From the NCBI GenBank assembly GCA_963752565.1, contig CAVVZC010000003.1, positions 723,080 to 787,079 on the forward strand: 64,000 nt of DNA, read 5' to 3'. Position 1 is the stretch's first letter, and each line of letters starts with the position of its first letter. The notes under the pieces are model-generated. The model searched no databases and was not told where the DNA came from. It saw nothing but the letters and a program-made list of their open reading frames with translations. The stretch is from an uncultured delta proteobacterium (GTDB taxonomy: Bacteria > Desulfobacterota > Desulfobacteria > Desulfobacterales > UBA11574). This document shows positions 62,504-64,000 of this stretch, piece by piece. Position numbers and translations under genes: made by a program.

Positions 62504-62640
62504 ATGATTATCAGTATTGCAAGCGGAAAAGGGGGTACAGGAAAAACAACCATAGCCACGAACCTGGCAGTTTCTATTGAAACAGACGTTCAAATTATAG
62601 ACTGTGATGTGGAAGAACCGAATGCTCACCTCTTTTTGGA
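62504..62640 (+). pseudogene. Truncated MinD-like P-loop Fe-S ATPase (Orp3/Orp4-type N-terminus)
   Basis: RBS AAGGAG; MIISIASGKGGTGKTT...DCDVEEPNAHLFL then abrupt switch to Hsp20 sequence. Confidence 0.85.
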
Positions 62641-62643
62641 GAA

Positions 62644-63054
62644 TTGAGTCCATTTCGAAAAGAAATGGACAGACTTTGGGATCGATTTTTGGGCGAGACA
62701 TCATTTGCCAGGACATTTAACGAAATGTGGTCGCCGTCGGTCGATATTTCGGAAACCAAGGATGACTTTGTCGTAAAGGCCGAGTTGCCTGGTCTGGAAG
62801 CAAAAGACGTAAACGTTAGTATCTCAGGAGACGTACTGACCATCAAAGGTGAAAAGAAAGCGGAAGAGGAAGAGAAAGACGAGCATTATCATTGTGTTGA
62901 GAGGTACTCGGGGTCTTTCCAGCGGGTATTCCAGCTGCCGAGCGGGGTAAAAGCCGATAAGATTGAGGCAAACTTTGATAAGGGCGTTTTGAAAGTAACC
63001 CTGCCCAAGGTAGAGGAAGCCAAGAAGAAAGAAATTGAAGTCAAGGTTAAATGA
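62644..63054 (+). CDS. Hsp20 small heat-shock protein (native 5' end probably missing)
   Basis: RKEMDRLWDRF, PSVDISET, AELPG, ERYSGSF.R.F.LP, GVLKVTLPK. Confidence 0.9.
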   Translation: MSPFRKEMDRLWDRFLGETSFARTFNEMWSPSVDISETKDDFVVKAELPGLEAKDVNVSISGDVLTIKGEKKAEEEEKDEHYHCVERYSGSFQRVFQLPSGVKADKIEANFDKGVLKVTLPKVEEAKKKEIEVKVK

Positions 63055-63121
63055 ATTAATATTGGCCCTCCCCGGGTTACGTTATTGCTAATTTTTTAAG
63101 AGTTAGGGAAAGGAGAATAAT

Positions 63122-63472
63122 ATGAATTTTTTCGAAATCATCAAAGCAGAAAAAGATGAAGGAAACGAGAAACATGTCCCTCATATTGAAATTGACAGGG
63201 GGCATAAGATGGGAAGGGACATCATTCGAGTGGTTGTAGGGCATGAGGTTCCTCACCCCAACACAATGGAACACCATATTGCATGGATCGAACTTTACGG
63301 GGTGAAAAAGGATAATGATCAGGTAGTCAATTTGGGCCGTGCCGCCTGTGCACCTGTCTTTTCCAATCCGAATGTTCGTTTTCAGGTTAATCAGATGGAG
63401 GATTTTAAATCCTTCCATGCCCTGGCTTACTGCAATATCCATGGGCTCTGGACGAATTCACTGGAGCGGTAA
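63122..63472 (+). CDS. Superoxide reductase-like (neelaredoxin / class II SORL) protein
   Basis: EKHVP, HPNTMEHHIAWI, YCNIHGLW iron ligands. Confidence 0.9.
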   Translation: MNFFEIIKAEKDEGNEKHVPHIEIDRGHKMGRDIIRVVVGHEVPHPNTMEHHIAWIELYGVKKDNDQVVNLGRAACAPVFSNPNVRFQVNQMEDFKSFHALAYCNIHGLWTNSLER

Positions 63473-63540
63473 TGCATCGAGCAATTAAGATGTTTTACTA
63501 TAGGCTTTTTAGGAAATAACCTCCTTCCAAAGGGTATATT

Positions 63541-63999
63541 ATGAAAAAATTTAAGAAAATCCTGTTCCCGATAGATTTTTCGGAGGTGTCTCCAGAAATC
63601 GTTCCTTACGTAATCTCCATGGCAGATAAGCTCAATGCCGAAGTTCATGTTATCTTCGTTGTGCGCCAGCTTGAAAACTGTCGAAGCATTTTCGTATCAC
63701 ATGGTGCTGTAGAAAACTTTGAAATGGAAATCGTTTTAGGAGCTGAAACAAAGATGGATGAATTTGTAGAAGAATTTTTTAAAAGTATTGTTAGGCCTAA
63801 GACAAAGATATTGATTGGCGATATTGTCGAAGAAATCATTAAGTACATAAAAGCTAAAGGGATTGATCTGGTCATCATAGGGACGCATGGCAGAAAAGGT
63901 ATGGACCGGATTATCCTCGGGAGCATAGCAGATAGGGTGATCAAGTCAGCACCTGTTCCGGTTCTGAGCGTGAATCCCTACAAAGCTTTAGAACATTAA
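63541..63999 (+). CDS. Universal stress protein (may run off window)
   Basis: KKILFPIDFS, DLVIIGTHGRKG, GSIADRV. Confidence 0.92.
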   Translation: MKKFKKILFPIDFSEVSPEIVPYVISMADKLNAEVHVIFVVRQLENCRSIFVSHGAVENFEMEIVLGAETKMDEFVEEFFKSIVRPKTKILIGDIVEEIIKYIKAKGIDLVIIGTHGRKGMDRIILGSIADRVIKSAPVPVLSVNPYKALEH

Positions 64000-64000
64000 G

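Noticed and set aside
1-64000. Selenoprotein (in-frame TGA) or tRNA/rRNA genes
   Set aside because: The breaks examined are frame changes or TAG/TAA rather than in-frame TGA at Cys positions; no cloverleaf or rRNA-like sequence noticed by eye

Overview
64 kb of chromosome from an AT-rich anaerobe. Gene content points to a sulfate-reducing Desulfobacterota (Desulfobacterales-like); this assignment is an inference. No rRNA, tRNA or CRISPR array was seen. Many genes are broken by 1-bp frameshifts (probably long-read indel errors) and several are true truncated relics. Left part (1-24 kb): DUF1846, alcohol dehydrogenase, DMT transporters, HU, LysM protein, a PEP-CTERM-type CAAX protease, a Tat-exported redox module (2 aldo/keto reductases, membrane polyferredoxin, DUF362), and a SelO-like orphan protein inside a direct-repeat-flanked segment. 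Middle (24.6-33.4 kb): an OrpR-like PAS(C-X8-C-X3-C) sigma54 activator plus a two-component cascade and a sigma54-driven CBS/DASS transporter operon whose small proteins share a repeated FAEAGE motif. Right part (34.5-64 kb): a stress/metallocluster island (5 USP genes, NifB/NifX domains, 2 Mrp ATPases, radical SAM, dodecin, Hsp20, superoxide reductase-like protein, ABC/LolA-like export module, IS630). The strongest signal is a sigma54 regulon readable directly from the DNA. Five intergenic regions carry a pair of 18-bp boxes (TTTCGAAATTTTKCKAAA) exactly 23 bp apart, an IHF-like site, and GG-N10-GC promoters with an atypical ATGC -12 element, at a fixed 101-102 bp distance for five of the six promoters. 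The likely controller is the adjacent Cys-PAS histidine kinase / NtrC-type activator pair.
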